Source: a cyanobacterium endosymbiont of Epithemia turgida isolate EtSB Lake Yunoko (GTDB lineage: Bacteria > Cyanobacteriota > Cyanobacteriia > Cyanobacteriales > Microcystaceae). Taken from it: DNA of 32,000 nt. Position 1 is the stretch's first letter. Every line of letters begins with the position of its first letter. The notes beneath the pieces are model-generated. The model saw nothing but the letters and a program-made list of their open reading frames with translations, was not told the DNA's origin and made no database searches. Positions 10,475-20,944 of the stretch are shown piece by piece. The stretch covers positions 630,001-662,000 of the forward strand of contig NZ_AP012549.1 in the NCBI RefSeq assembly GCF_000829235.1, read 5' to 3'. The position numbers and the translations under genes are program-made.

Positions 10475-11470
10475 ATGAAACATGTAATAAATCTTTGTAC
10501 AATTAAACAATTACGCCCCTTATATAAGTCAGAAGATTCCCAAAACATTAAAGCTTATCCTGTGCTAAAATGGGCAGGAGGAAAAACAAAATTACTACCA
10601 CAAATTAAAAAACAATATCCTTCAAAACTACAACAAGGTTGTCTCAAAACTTACATAGAATCTTTTGTTGGAGGAGGTTCAGTATTTTTTGATATTTACC
10701 ATAATTATGGTATTGAAAAAGCTTACCTTTTTGATAAAAATATTGAGTTAATTATTTTATATAAAGTGATTAAGAATAACGCAGAATTATTAATTCATAG
10801 ATTATCGAAAATAACAAAAAAATATCTAAATTTAACTGAAGAAAAAAGAAAAAATTTTTACTATAAATCTAGAAATGATTACAATACTTTTGACAAAAAA
10901 GCTGATACCAGTATTTATAAGAAAAATTGGGTAGAACGTGCCGCTCTAACAATTTTTCTTAACCATACTTGTTTTAATGGGTTGTATCGAGTAAATAGGA
11001 AGGGTTTGTTCAATGTCCCGATGGGTAGATACAAAAATCCGGCCATACTTAATAGCAACAATATTAGAGCTGTTAGTCAAGCATTTAAAATTGCAGAAAT
11101 TAAACAATGCGATTTTTCTGAAGTTCTGGAATATGCAGATCAAACCACTTTTATTTATTATGATCCTCCTTATCGTTCTATTAGTAAAACTGCCACTTTT
11201 AATGCTTATAGTTCTTTAAATTTTAATGATGATGAACAACGACGGTTAAGAGATGTTTTTATAAAAGTATCTCAGCAAGGAGCTTATCAAATGTTGAGTA
11301 ATTCTGATCCTACTAATTATATCGAAGATTTCTTTTTTGATGAATTATATTGTGATTTTAATATTCAACGTATTCTTGCCTCGCGGATGATTAACTCTAA
11401 GGGCAATAGTCGTGGCAAAATCAAAGAAATTCTTGTAACAAATTATTCGGAGTATATCAATAAAATTTGA
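10475..11470 (+). CDS. dam: Dam-family (D12 class) N6-adenine DNA methyltransferase, orphan
   Basis: The motif set matches the E. coli Dam architecture: LKWAGGKTKLLPQI, the SAM-binding FVGGGSVFFD (FxGxG), NHTCFNGLYRVNRKGLFNVPMGRYKNP, the catalytic YYDPPY, and SNSD...ILASRMINSKGNSRGKIKEILVTNY. The track ORF starts at a TTG at 10367. I prefer the first ATG at 10475 (MKHVINL...), which gives 331 aa. No endonuclease-like ORF lies on either side. Confidence 0.88.
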   Translation: MKHVINLCTIKQLRPLYKSEDSQNIKAYPVLKWAGGKTKLLPQIKKQYPSKLQQGCLKTYIESFVGGGSVFFDIYHNYGIEKAYLFDKNIELIILYKVIKNNAELLIHRLSKITKKYLNLTEEKRKNFYYKSRNDYNTFDKKADTSIYKKNWVERAALTIFLNHTCFNGLYRVNRKGLFNVPMGRYKNPAILNSNNIRAVSQAFKIAEIKQCDFSEVLEYADQTTFIYYDPPYRSISKTATFNAYSSLNFNDDEQRRLRDVFIKVSQQGAYQMLSNSDPTNYIEDFFFDELYCDFNIQRILASRMINSKGNSRGKIKEILVTNYSEYINKI

Positions 11471-13202
11471 TTGTCATTAATTTTAAATCCTAAAAAATAG
11501 ACAAGTTTTTTAAAAATAAATTAAGTAGAAAAGTAGCAACTCACTGAATCAATTAGCTAAAGTGTTAGTTATACAAAAAATAGTTATATAAAATAACTTG
11601 CAATTTTTCTTTTTTTAATTATTACTTTAAAATAAAAGATGACAGAACAAGAATCCTTGTAAGAATTACTGTAGTATGTTTTAAACAAAAATCTCTATCA
11701 TAGGTAACTTTTACTTCTGGGTTTTAATTAATTAATGAAGATCAATAGCCTCCGGCTAAATAGCTGCAGTATAAACAAAAATATTGTTTATTCATTATTA
11801 TTAAAGGAAATTCTTTTTATTTTTCAGTAACTAGGCGCTATGCAAATAATGTGGGGAAGATTAATTATAGATTAAATTACTAAACTATAAGAATTAAATG
11901 ATAAACCAGTATAAATAACTGTATTGTAATCTTAACTTATAAATTAGATAACATGGTCTTTGTAATATCAATTAAATTGTACTCTTTTTAGAGTAAGTCA
12001 TAAATTTAGCTATTTTTAAACCTAAAACAAAAATGATAAAATAAATTCTAAAATTAATTAGAAGTATTCCTGTTGCATAAAAGTATTGTTGTAAAAATAA
12101 TAATTCTGCTTTTTAGAGACTCTTAAAAAGATTAATAAAGAGCCCACACAAAACTCGACCTATTCATACTGGTATAACTTGGCGAGTAGTACGATAAGAT
12201 AATGATGCTCTTAAGTAATTTTAGAAATCCGTCACCAGTTTATTGACTGCTGAAGGAGATAATTATACTTTGTTATTTCGTTCAGCAGATTTACTGTTAT
12301 TAACGTATTGAGTAAATACACGCATATTTTTATACGTATTCATAATATTTATAATAGTTTAACTCGTTAAAATTTAAATTATCTTTTTTGAATAGACAAT
12401 CCATAATGAAAAGTGATCTTTATCAAAGAGAAAGTACGAATAATAGGTTCTGTTCGTCAGTACCAAGCAATTGATAAAGATAATTTTAGTTAGTTCGACA
12501 CTAAACACACCTTTTATTCTTGTTTAGTTTTGATATATTTTTTCGTTTTTTTAACTTTTATCTTAAAAGTCAATTTTCAATAAATATTTCTTATTCAATA
12601 AGCTCTTATTTGCTACGTTTTAGTATCGTGCTGGAACAAAAATATCTGAGATTTCTTCAGTAATTTCATCCCCTTTAATTACAAATTTTTTAACATAATT
12701 TTTTTTCTATCCAGCGAGTTATTTTAGATCCCATCTATACTTATTCATCTGTTGCTCTCAATTTTAATTTAGGGGCTAATTGTTCAAGTTGTTTATTTGG
12801 TTAATATATTGTTTTTACTTTTATTTACTTAAAACTCCTATTCTTGAAAATTTTTCCTCTTTTTTCTCCCAATTAATTATATTTTAGAGAATCTTCTCAT
12901 TGTAATTGCAACTTATTCTTACAGCGAGCACACTATTTTTGAGAGTCCGTCCCTGAGACACTTACGAAAGTCAATGTTATCTTCTTAATTTAGACAAAAT
13001 TTTTATTTTTTATGAAATTAAATTTCAGGACAAGTAAACTAAGATACTGAGTTAAATAAGGGTTTCTAAATATTGTTTTTATCTATATTATTTGCCTCTG
13101 ATTATGATTCTATGTTTATTTTTGTAAACATATTTTATATAACTACTTTCTTAAAAATTAAATAGATATTTACACGTATTTAGGACAGTTAACTTTTATT
13201 TT

Positions 13203-15128
13203 TTATGGAGTTTCTTGATTATAAATTATTGTGAGGGGATACTCTTTTGGGGGCAAATGCAATTCCAAATACACTAACAAAGCGTTAATATCAGCCGGGT
13301 TAACTCCCCCAATACGCGACGCTTGCCCCAGGGTTAAGGGTTTAACTTGAGTTAATTTTTCTCTAGATTCCATTGCCAATGTTTCAATTTTCATATAGTC
13401 TAAATTTTCTGGTAATTTACGATTGCTATAACGACTAATTTGGTCAATTTGATTTTGTTGGCGTTTCAAATAACCCGAGTATTTAATATCTATTTCTGCC
13501 CCTTGTTTTTCTACTAAACTAAGTTGAGAATTTCCTAATCTATAGCGATCTAAATCAGCATAATGAAACCCAGGACGGCGTAATAAATCTGCTAAATTAA
13601 TTGATCCCTTAATCTTTTGTTGAGTTTCTGTTGCAATGATAATTCCTATCTTATCTGTTTCTTTAATTCTAATTTCGTGAAGACGTTTTTTTTCTACGGA
13701 AATACTATCTTGTTTTGTTTTAAAAAGTTGCCAGCGACGATCATCAATTAACCCAATTTTTCGACCTAATGGTGTTAACCGTTGATCGGCATTATCTGAC
13801 CTTAAAATTAAACGATATTCTGACCTAGAGGTTAGCATTCGATAAGGTTCTCGTAGATCTTTGGTACACAAATCATCAATTAAAGTTCCCAGATAACTTT
13901 CTTCTCGTGGGAAAACAATCATCTCTTTATTTTTAACTAGCTGAACTGCATTAATTCCTGCAACGATGCCTTGGGCGGCTGCTTCTTCATATCCTGTTGT
14001 TCCATTGACTTGACCGGCGCAAAATAAACCTCCAATTTTCTTAGTCATCAGGGTCGGATAACATTGGGTGGCGGGAAGATAATCATATTCCACCGCGTAG
14101 GCGGGACGTAACATTTCGCATTTTTCTAACCCTGGAAGGGTTCTTAACATCGCTAATTGAATATTTTCAGGAAGTCCTGTAGAAAATCCTTGGATATAAA
14201 GCTCAGGAATATCTCGTCCTTCGGGTTCAATGAAAATTTGATGACTCTCTTTATCTGCAAACCGAACAATTTTATCTTCAATAGAAGGACAGTAACGAGG
14301 ACCTTTAGAGTCGATAAACCCGCCGTAGATTGGAGATAGGTGTAAATTATTATTAATTATCTGATGGGTTTCGGCTGTGGTTCGGGTTAAATAGCAATTC
14401 ATCTGTTCTCGTTTAATCCAAACCTCAGGATCAAAACTAAACCAACCTACTTCATCGTCAGGGGGTTGAATTTCTAAATTACGATAGTCTACTGATCGTT
14501 TATCTACTCTAGCAGGGGTTCCAGTTTTAAGTCTTCCAGTTTCAAACCCCAATTTATTCAAAGTTTCGGTAAGTCCTACCGCTGCAAATTCTCCGGCTCT
14601 GCCTGCTTCCATCGATTTATTGCCGATCCAAATACGACCCCTTAAAAAGGTTCCGGTAGTTAAAACAACTGCTTGTGCGCCGAAGCAAGTCCCAAAATAG
14701 GTTTCAACGCCGATTACTTGATCATTTGTCCCTAGGACTAAATCCGTCACCATACCTTCACGAATTGTTAAATTATCTTGATTTTCAACAATTTTTTTCA
14801 TTAAGGCTGAATACTCCCGTTTATCGGTCTGGGCACGTAGTGCCCACACAGCAGGACCTCTTGAGCTGTTAAGAACTCGTTTTTGCAAATAGGTCCGGTC
14901 TGCCATTTTGCCGATTTCTCCCCCTAAGGCGTCTACCTCATGGGTAAGTTGAGACTTCGCTGGTCCCCCTACTGCGGGGTTACAAGGTTGCCAAGCAATT
15001 TTATCTAGATTAATGGTTAACATCAGGGTGCGACATCCACGACGTGCACTGCTTAAAGCTGCCTCACATCCTGCATGGCCTGCGCCAACAATAATGATAT
15101 CAAAAGTATCTTGGAAATCGATGGTCAT
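13203..15128 (-). CDS. mnmG: tRNA uridine 5-carboxymethylaminomethyl modification enzyme MnmG (GidA)
   Basis: 641 aa. The N-terminal FAD fold is [17 protein letters not shown]. Family segments include [55 protein letters not shown], and C-terminal [22 protein letters not shown]. Confidence 0.97.
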   Translation of the reverse strand: MTIDFQDTFDIIIVGAGHAGCEAALSSARRGCRTLMLTINLDKIAWQPCNPAVGGPAKSQLTHEVDALGGEIGKMADRTYLQKRVLNSSRGPAVWALRAQTDKREYSALMKKIVENQDNLTIREGMVTDLVLGTNDQVIGVETYFGTCFGAQAVVLTTGTFLRGRIWIGNKSMEAGRAGEFAAVGLTETLNKLGFETGRLKTGTPARVDKRSVDYRNLEIQPPDDEVGWFSFDPEVWIKREQMNCYLTRTTAETHQIINNNLHLSPIYGGFIDSKGPRYCPSIEDKIVRFADKESHQIFIEPEGRDIPELYIQGFSTGLPENIQLAMLRTLPGLEKCEMLRPAYAVEYDYLPATQCYPTLMTKKIGGLFCAGQVNGTTGYEEAAAQGIVAGINAVQLVKNKEMIVFPREESYLGTLIDDLCTKDLREPYRMLTSRSEYRLILRSDNADQRLTPLGRKIGLIDDRRWQLFKTKQDSISVEKKRLHEIRIKETDKIGIIIATETQQKIKGSINLADLLRRPGFHYADLDRYRLGNSQLSLVEKQGAEIDIKYSGYLKRQQNQIDQISRYSNRKLPENLDYMKIETLAMESREKLTQVKPLTLGQASRIGGVNPADINALLVYLELHLPPKEYPLTIIYNQETP

Positions 15129-15513
15129 TAGTATAAATATACGAAAAAATATAGCCTCTCAGACTTATAGAATAACAAATTTTGAGATTTATTTTATAAA
15201 TTAGCAATTGACTACTCATTATTAAATCAATTTTAAAAAAATTATATCTATAAAGATAGTTTAATAATATTTCTAATACTTTATTTACTCTCAAATCAAA
15301 TGAATCTAAGAGTTAAGTATAGGGATATTTTAAATATTTAATTAATTTTTAAGTATCACTTATTAAATTTGTAACCATTTTTTATGATCACAGCAACTGA
15401 TATTTTTTGTTCTTCATATTGGATGATGAGACTTGGCAAAATTTGTATCTCAGGTTAAGCTCTAAGCGGAATCATAATCTGATCTAATTTTCTCGTGTGG
15501 TGTTGAGAAGTTA

Positions 15514-15741
15514 ATGAAAGTACAGACCCCCCAACTTCGAACTCTTCCCTGGAGTTTACTCTGGGAGTTTTTATTGCTAACTAGTGCACTAGGCACTTCT
15601 GCTGGTCTAGGTTTTGGAGCTGCCATAACGTTAAACCGCCCTGTTGAGCCGGGAGGGACTGTTTTGCATTCGGAACAGTCTTTTCCTCCTCGTCAGGACT
15701 GGCCAATTGGCCCAACTGTAGGGACTGTTTTACAGCGTTAA
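15514..15741 (+). CDS. Hypothetical small membrane protein (75 aa)
   Basis: The ORF is a clearly GC-richer island inside AT-rich flanks. It has one hydrophobic segment (LPWSLLWEFLLLTSALGTSAGLGFGAAI) followed by a Pro/Gly-rich tail. I recognise no family. Support comes only from the compositional contrast, the intact frame and a hairpin downstream. Confidence 0.4.
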   Translation: MKVQTPQLRTLPWSLLWEFLLLTSALGTSAGLGFGAAITLNRPVEPGGTVLHSEQSFPPRQDWPIGPTVGTVLQR

Positions 15742-15753
15742 GTTAAAAGTCTA

Positions 15754-15779
15754 TAGGGGTCGACAGCCGTTTACCCCTA
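15754..15779 (+). terminator. Weak stem-loop after the 75-aa ORF, possibly an eroded longer palindrome
   Basis: taggggt (15754-15760) pairs with accccta (15773-15779) around a 12-nt loop. The right half gccgtttacccctac would need a left half gtaggggtaaacggc. The observed left half, ataggggtcgacagc, matches 11 of those 15 positions. There is no clean U-tract. Confidence 0.3.
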
Positions 15780-16845
15780 CACTGTGTGTATAAACAATTT
15801 AAATTTTCGTCGTAAATGAATTAATCAGTGGACAAAAAATATAAAAATTTCATTTCCTTCAGAAAAAAGTTATATTCATTTCGTCCAATTTCATAATGGG
15901 TTAAGGGTTCATCCATAATATATTAGTTGTTTAGAGAACATCCAGTATATTTCCCTATTTCTCCTATTAACACGCCATTATTAGCTAGAATCTTTTCATA
16001 TTTATATAACCGCATCTTCTACTAATTTAGTAATAGTAAGGTTACGATCAACTAAAAAATATTGCAAATACTTAAGTTTTACTAACTATTAGTTAATAGT
16101 AATTTAAATCTCTTCCTCACTTTTTAATCAAAATTGGTATGATTTTATAGATCACAATCTTTTGCTAGAATAAAGCATAGGGTTAATAATTTTATGAAGT
16201 GAGCAATCCGAAACTTCCTTTGAAAGAGACATTTGTAGCTTGTTTAAAATTATAAATTAAGTCAAAATACTAGTTGTTTCTAGACTAGCTATCATAAAAA
16301 TATAACAAATAAAAGCTGTAATTATTCCCTTGTATATATTTTTTGATGAAAGATATGGGAATCATCAGTTACTCATTTAGCATATTCAGTATATAAAAAT
16401 TAAATAATATTTAATATTTTTAGTGGTTATTACTTAAATAAGGAACTTATTAGTTATTTATCTTTACAATTCTTTACTTAAGTAAGATTTACCAAAAATC
16501 TACTCCCTTTAGTTTTATTAATTACAATCAGAATAGTTAAACTTCCTAAAATAGGACAAACTATTAAGCTTTATTGTATAATTTTAATTTTTATAATTAT
16601 AGCAATTAAAGTTTATGAACATTATTAATAAGTTTACTTAGGTTTATTTTTAATCGTTATAACTGGTAAATTAATCTGATCAATCTTAATAGTAAATAAT
16701 TATACTTTTATTCACTCTGCGGGATAATTTATTTTATATTTTGTAGACTCACAATAAGCTGGTTTTTATAAAAATTTGTCCCTGAGATATTATTTTCCCA
16801 CAATAAGTCATAATTAGAATATCAAAATTTGTAACCAATTGCACT

Positions 16846-18363
16846 ATGGCTAGAGATTTACGGGAATTTATCAATCAACTTGAACAACGGGGGCAGTTAC
16901 GCCGGATTAAGACATTAGTTGATCCTGATTTAGAGATTGCAGAAATATCCAACCGAATACTACAAGCCGGAGGACCTGGACTCTTATTCGAGAATGTCAA
17001 AGGATCAAATTTCCCTTTGGCTATTAACTTGATGGGAACTTTGGAACGCATCTGTTGGGCGATGAAAATGGAAGAACCTCAAGATTTAGAAACTCTAGGT
17101 AAAAAATTAGCCATGTTGCAACAACCAAAGCCACCCAAAAAAATTTCCCAAATAATTGATTTTGGTAAGATTTTTTTTGATGTAATTAAGGCGAAACCAA
17201 GTAAAAGTTTTTTTCCTCCCTGTCAACAAGTGGTAATTGAAGGGGAAAAGCTAGATCTGGACATTCTACCTCTAATTCGTCCTTATCCTGGAGATGCAGG
17301 GAAAATTATTACGTTGGGACTAGTTGTCACTAAAGACTGTGAGACTGGAACCCCAAATGTGGGAGTTTATCGTTTACAGTTACAATCTAAAACTACCATG
17401 ACAGTGCATTGGTTGTCTGTCAGAGGTGGGGCGAGACATCTACGAAAAGCAGCAGAAAATGGCAAAAAATTAGAAATTGCGATCGCTCTAGGAGTCGCTC
17501 CCCTAATTATAATGGCTGCGGCTACTCCTATTCCTATAGATCTCTCAGAATGGCTATTTGCCGGATTATATGGAGGTTCAGGGGTGGCATTGACTAAATG
17601 TAAAACCCTAGATTTAGAAGTCCCAGCAGATGCGGAATTTATTCTAGAGGGAACCATCACTCCAGGCGAAGTTTTACCTGATGGGCCCTTTGGGGATCAC
17701 ATGGGATATTACGGAGGAGTAGAAGACTCACCATTGGTTCGCTTTCACACTATAACCCATCGTAAAGAGCCCATTTATTTAACGACATTTAGTGGTCGTC
17801 CCCCTAAAGAAGAGGCGATAATGGCAATCGCATTAAACCGTATTTATACTCCGGTTTTACGACAGCAAGTCTCAGAAATTACAGACTTTTTTTTACCTAT
17901 GGAGTCCTTAAGTTATAAAACAGCAATTATATCTATTGATAAAGCTTATCCAGGACAAGCAAGACGAGCAGCTTTGGCTTTTTGGAGTGCGTTGCCTCAG
18001 TTTACCTACACTAAGTTTGTGATTATTGTAGACAAAGATATTAATGTCCGAGATCCTCGACAAGTAGTTTGGGCAATTAGTTCTAAAGTTGATCCCTCAA
18101 GAGATGTTTTTATCCTTCCAGAAACACCTTTTGACACCTTAGATTTTGCAAGTAAAAAATTGGGGTTAGGAGGCAGAATGGGAATTGACGCTACTACAAA
18201 GATATATCCTGAGATTGACCACAAATGGGGAGAACCTTTAGAACCTGACACAGATGTATCTACGATGGTTAATTGCCGTTGGGTTGAGTACGGTTTAGGG
18301 GATATTATTTTAGATAAAGTTAATGACAATCTATTTGGTTATGACATGAGGTTAAGTAAATAG
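16846..18363 (+). CDS. ubiD: UbiD-family decarboxylase (4-hydroxy-3-polyprenylbenzoate decarboxylase, quinone biosynthesis)
   Basis: 505 aa. The N-terminus DLREFINQLEQRGQLRRIKTLVDPDLEIAEI and the segment NVGVYRLQ...HWLSVRGGARHLRKA...GPFGDHMGYYG are typical of UbiD. Confidence 0.92.
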   Translation: MARDLREFINQLEQRGQLRRIKTLVDPDLEIAEISNRILQAGGPGLLFENVKGSNFPLAINLMGTLERICWAMKMEEPQDLETLGKKLAMLQQPKPPKKISQIIDFGKIFFDVIKAKPSKSFFPPCQQVVIEGEKLDLDILPLIRPYPGDAGKIITLGLVVTKDCETGTPNVGVYRLQLQSKTTMTVHWLSVRGGARHLRKAAENGKKLEIAIALGVAPLIIMAAATPIPIDLSEWLFAGLYGGSGVALTKCKTLDLEVPADAEFILEGTITPGEVLPDGPFGDHMGYYGGVEDSPLVRFHTITHRKEPIYLTTFSGRPPKEEAIMAIALNRIYTPVLRQQVSEITDFFLPMESLSYKTAIISIDKAYPGQARRAALAFWSALPQFTYTKFVIIVDKDINVRDPRQVVWAISSKVDPSRDVFILPETPFDTLDFASKKLGLGGRMGIDATTKIYPEIDHKWGEPLEPDTDVSTMVNCRWVEYGLGDIILDKVNDNLFGYDMRLSK

Positions 18364-18437
18364 GTAGCTCTAAATAAATATCAAGAATATAAACTATTTT
18401 TTATATCTATTTTTATTTTAATAAATTGAAGTAAGGC

Positions 18438-18484
18438 TTATATTACAATCATTTATACTTATTACATAAATGATTGTAATATAA
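18438..18484. repeat. Perfect 19-bp AT-rich inverted repeat 75 bp downstream of ubiD, a possible terminator hairpin
   Basis: ttatattacaatcatttat (18438-18456) and ataaatgattgtaatataa (18466-18484) are exact reverse complements with a 9-nt loop. The element is followed by aaatttatttaac. Confidence 0.6.
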
Positions 18485-19329
18485 AAATTTATTTAACTTT
18501 TTAGGCTTCAGTTATATTGATACCTAAATATATTTAAATTAATTCAATAAGTTTTCAGTCAATGCTATTTATCTTCTAGCATATTTACCTTTATATTTTA
18601 AAGTTTGCATAAAAAATAAATATATTTTTTTCCTTCCTATTGTCTCAATTTAACTTTAAACAAAACTACTTATATGTTATATGTGCTGAGTAATGATTAA
18701 AAATAATTCTGTATTTATTTCTTTCTCTTGTCAATTATTTTGTCCTTTGTTGAAATATATTCAAGATATAAAATATCTTGTTACTACTAAGGTTTATTCT
18801 ATAATTTTTAAAAAAGTATCACAGTTCTTTTCTTTCTTGAAAAATTTACCTGAACTATAAATTATTTTTTTAGTTAAATTTTACGATAAATTTACACGAA
18901 CTACAATTTATTTGACTTTCTATAATTCTGTGTTTAAATACGAAATTTTTACTTTGGTTATTATTCTAGTAAAAGTCTTGGGCGTAAGTTAAATTTTATA
19001 TTTCTAATTTTATTAACTTAATTTTTAGGTAGACTGGAGCATAGCACTTTTTCTTATTTAACTATTGTTTATAGTAGATTTATTTAGAGTTATATACTTA
19101 AATATTCTTCGTCAATTATTATCTAAAGTACTTTTTTAGAAAAAAATAAGGACAAAATTCATATTTTTATTTTTTTTCTTGCTTTTAAGATACAAATCTG
19201 TGCTTTAAAAAACACTAACTATTTAAATTTTACTAAAAAAAATATCATTATTAATGATTAGACATGAAGTATTAAGCAGTTATTTTAAACCTATAAAAAA
19301 TTAACAGCAAATGTTATTAGTTTATAAAA

Positions 19330-20822
19330 AAACTTTGATGTCTGTCTGGTTATTGCTTTTTTTTTGGAAAAGTAATAACTATTTTTTATAGTTTAGTAAA
19401 TTTATAAATTTATTAGAATTAGATCTATTAAAACAGAGTAACTTTTAAGTTCAGAATAAATGTAGGCTATAATCTTGTTGTAAGTGGAAATACTCCAAAA
19501 GCAATTTATGCTGTGTTAGAAGTAGCTAAACTTAAAAAATATCCCACCTAAGTTATGGGAAACGAGAACAATAATCATTGTACAGAGATTGATAACTATA
19601 CTATTGGTCATTTCACTCATCTCAAACAACAATGGAAAATAAAAACTCAATGGGGTCTTTGCTCCTAACTTTTCTCTGTCTAAATTTAACCCAACTGATA
19701 TCAATACTTATACGCAACAAGTCAAAGCGAATTGATAAAGAACAATATTCCCTGTAGTATTAGCAGCAATGGGGGTAGATATAATTATTGAATCTAGAGA
19801 GTTTTGTCGTTTTCCACAGCAAGCTTTCGTTTTACCCAGTCAAAAATTGTGCTCGCATACTTATCTTATTGCAACTGGTCTTATTGCAACTGCTTATATT
19901 CCTCTAATTCCTCCTATTATTAGCCTCTCAGAAGTTAGTTTTCAAGCTCAGAAGCCCTTTCTTTAAGTAATCTTACTCATGAGATAATTATTGTAGGCAA
20001 AACCTCCATTAGAATTGAATTAGCTGAAAATTTAGGTCGTTTAGGCAAGAAAATTACTTTAGTTATTCAACAGTCTAATATTTTACCCCCAAAAAATATT
20101 TGTATATCTTAAACTACTTCAAGGACAATTAGAAGTTTAAGATATACAAATATTCAGCTAAAGTCCTATAACTAAAGTTAAACTAATTAATAAAATAAAA
20201 TGGGTAAAAGCTGGAAATAAAAAAAATAAATCTGATGAAATTATTATAACCATGGAAAACACACCGAATATCAAAGGCTTGAATTTAGAAGGAGTAAAAG
20301 TTAAATTAACTGCTCAAAAGATTAAAGTTAATAAAAAACTACAAATAACTAACACTAAAATTTATGCTTATGGCAATGCTATTAGTGGTTATAATATTTC
20401 TAATATTGTTAAATATGAAGCTAGTATTACCCTTTAAAATATATTATTTGTTTCTTAGTTTAAGGTAAATTACCGTCATCTTTGCTTGTGTTACTTTCAC
20501 CAACCCTACTTTAAATACTATTGGACTAACATAAACAGAGGCAAGACAATAGAATCAAACCAATATTATTGTGATTGAAGAGGATCTTAAAACCTAATAT
20601 GAAACTTAAATGACGGAAAAAATAACATGTGTTTGTAACCTTATTACTAGGTGGAATGGAGAAATTTTAAGTTTGTATTGTATAGGGTCTCAAGCAGAAG
20701 AATTAACCAGGCTAATTGTGTTAGCTATCCATCGTAAAATCACTATTCAGGATTTAGCATATCTATCTCCCCCTTCTCCAAATATTTATAGACTTTTATC
20801 AGGAATAGTTCATCAGTGGTAA
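19330..20822 (+). pseudogene. Decayed class-I pyridine nucleotide-disulfide oxidoreductase (dihydrolipoamide dehydrogenase / mercuric reductase-like), a full-length fossil
   Basis: Family-typical fragments appear in the correct order across shifting frames. FDVCLVIA at about 19334 marks the FAD-binding start. GNTPKAIYAVLEVAKLKK at 19486 covers the redox-active disulfide region, with both Cys lost. YLIATGLIATAYIP is the ATG motif. EIIIVGKTSIRIELAENLGRLGKKITLV at 19981 is the degraded NAD(P)H GxGxxG. KLLQGQLEV*DIQIFS*SPITKV contains in-frame stops. TPNIKGLNLEGVKV...KIYAYGNAISGY follows, and the C-terminal dimerisation-domain remnant is GEILSLYCIGSQAEELTRLIVLAIHRKITIQDLAYLSPPSP. Track ORFs 19769-19966, 20252-20437 and 20610-20822 are pieces of this one gene. 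Confidence 0.75.
20095..20154. repeat. Perfect 21-bp inverted repeat inside the oxidoreductase pseudogene
   Basis: aatatttgtatatcttaaact (20095-20115) and agtttaagatatacaaatatt (20134-20154) are exact reverse complements with an 18-nt loop. Confidence 0.85.
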
Positions 20823-20944
20823 AGATAAAAAATTTTAAAAAATTCAATTTTAAAGCAAGTGATCAAAACAATTATCATGATTTTTCTAGACTAGCTGTTC
20901 TTCTTTTAGAGAAGAAAACCGAGTTAACATATGCTACAAAAACG

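Noticed and set aside
10946-11219. ORFs 10946-11143 (-) and 11013-11219 (+) overlapping dam
   Set aside because: They are nested in a well-supported methyltransferase frame and give low-complexity translations.
7861-13202. A restriction endonuclease or other defence partner (R-M, BREX-like) flanking the methyltransferase
   Set aside because: I read both flanks in six frames by eye and found only short, interrupted, unassignable peptides. There is no evidence for a partner gene, intact or fossil. A profile search would be needed before making any claim.
14157-15294. ORFs 14157-14339, 14675-14872 and 15013-15204 (+), and 15100-15294 (-), around mnmG
   Set aside because: They are antisense to or overlap mnmG, or lie in the AT-rich leader. 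They show no motifs.
17367-18329. ORFs 17367-17660 (-), 17409-17597 (+) and 18006-18329 (-) inside ubiD
   Set aside because: They are alternative-frame or antisense ORFs within a strongly supported UbiD gene.
19516-19704. 62-aa minus-strand ORF
   Set aside because: It lies antisense within the oxidoreductase pseudogene and has no recognisable features.
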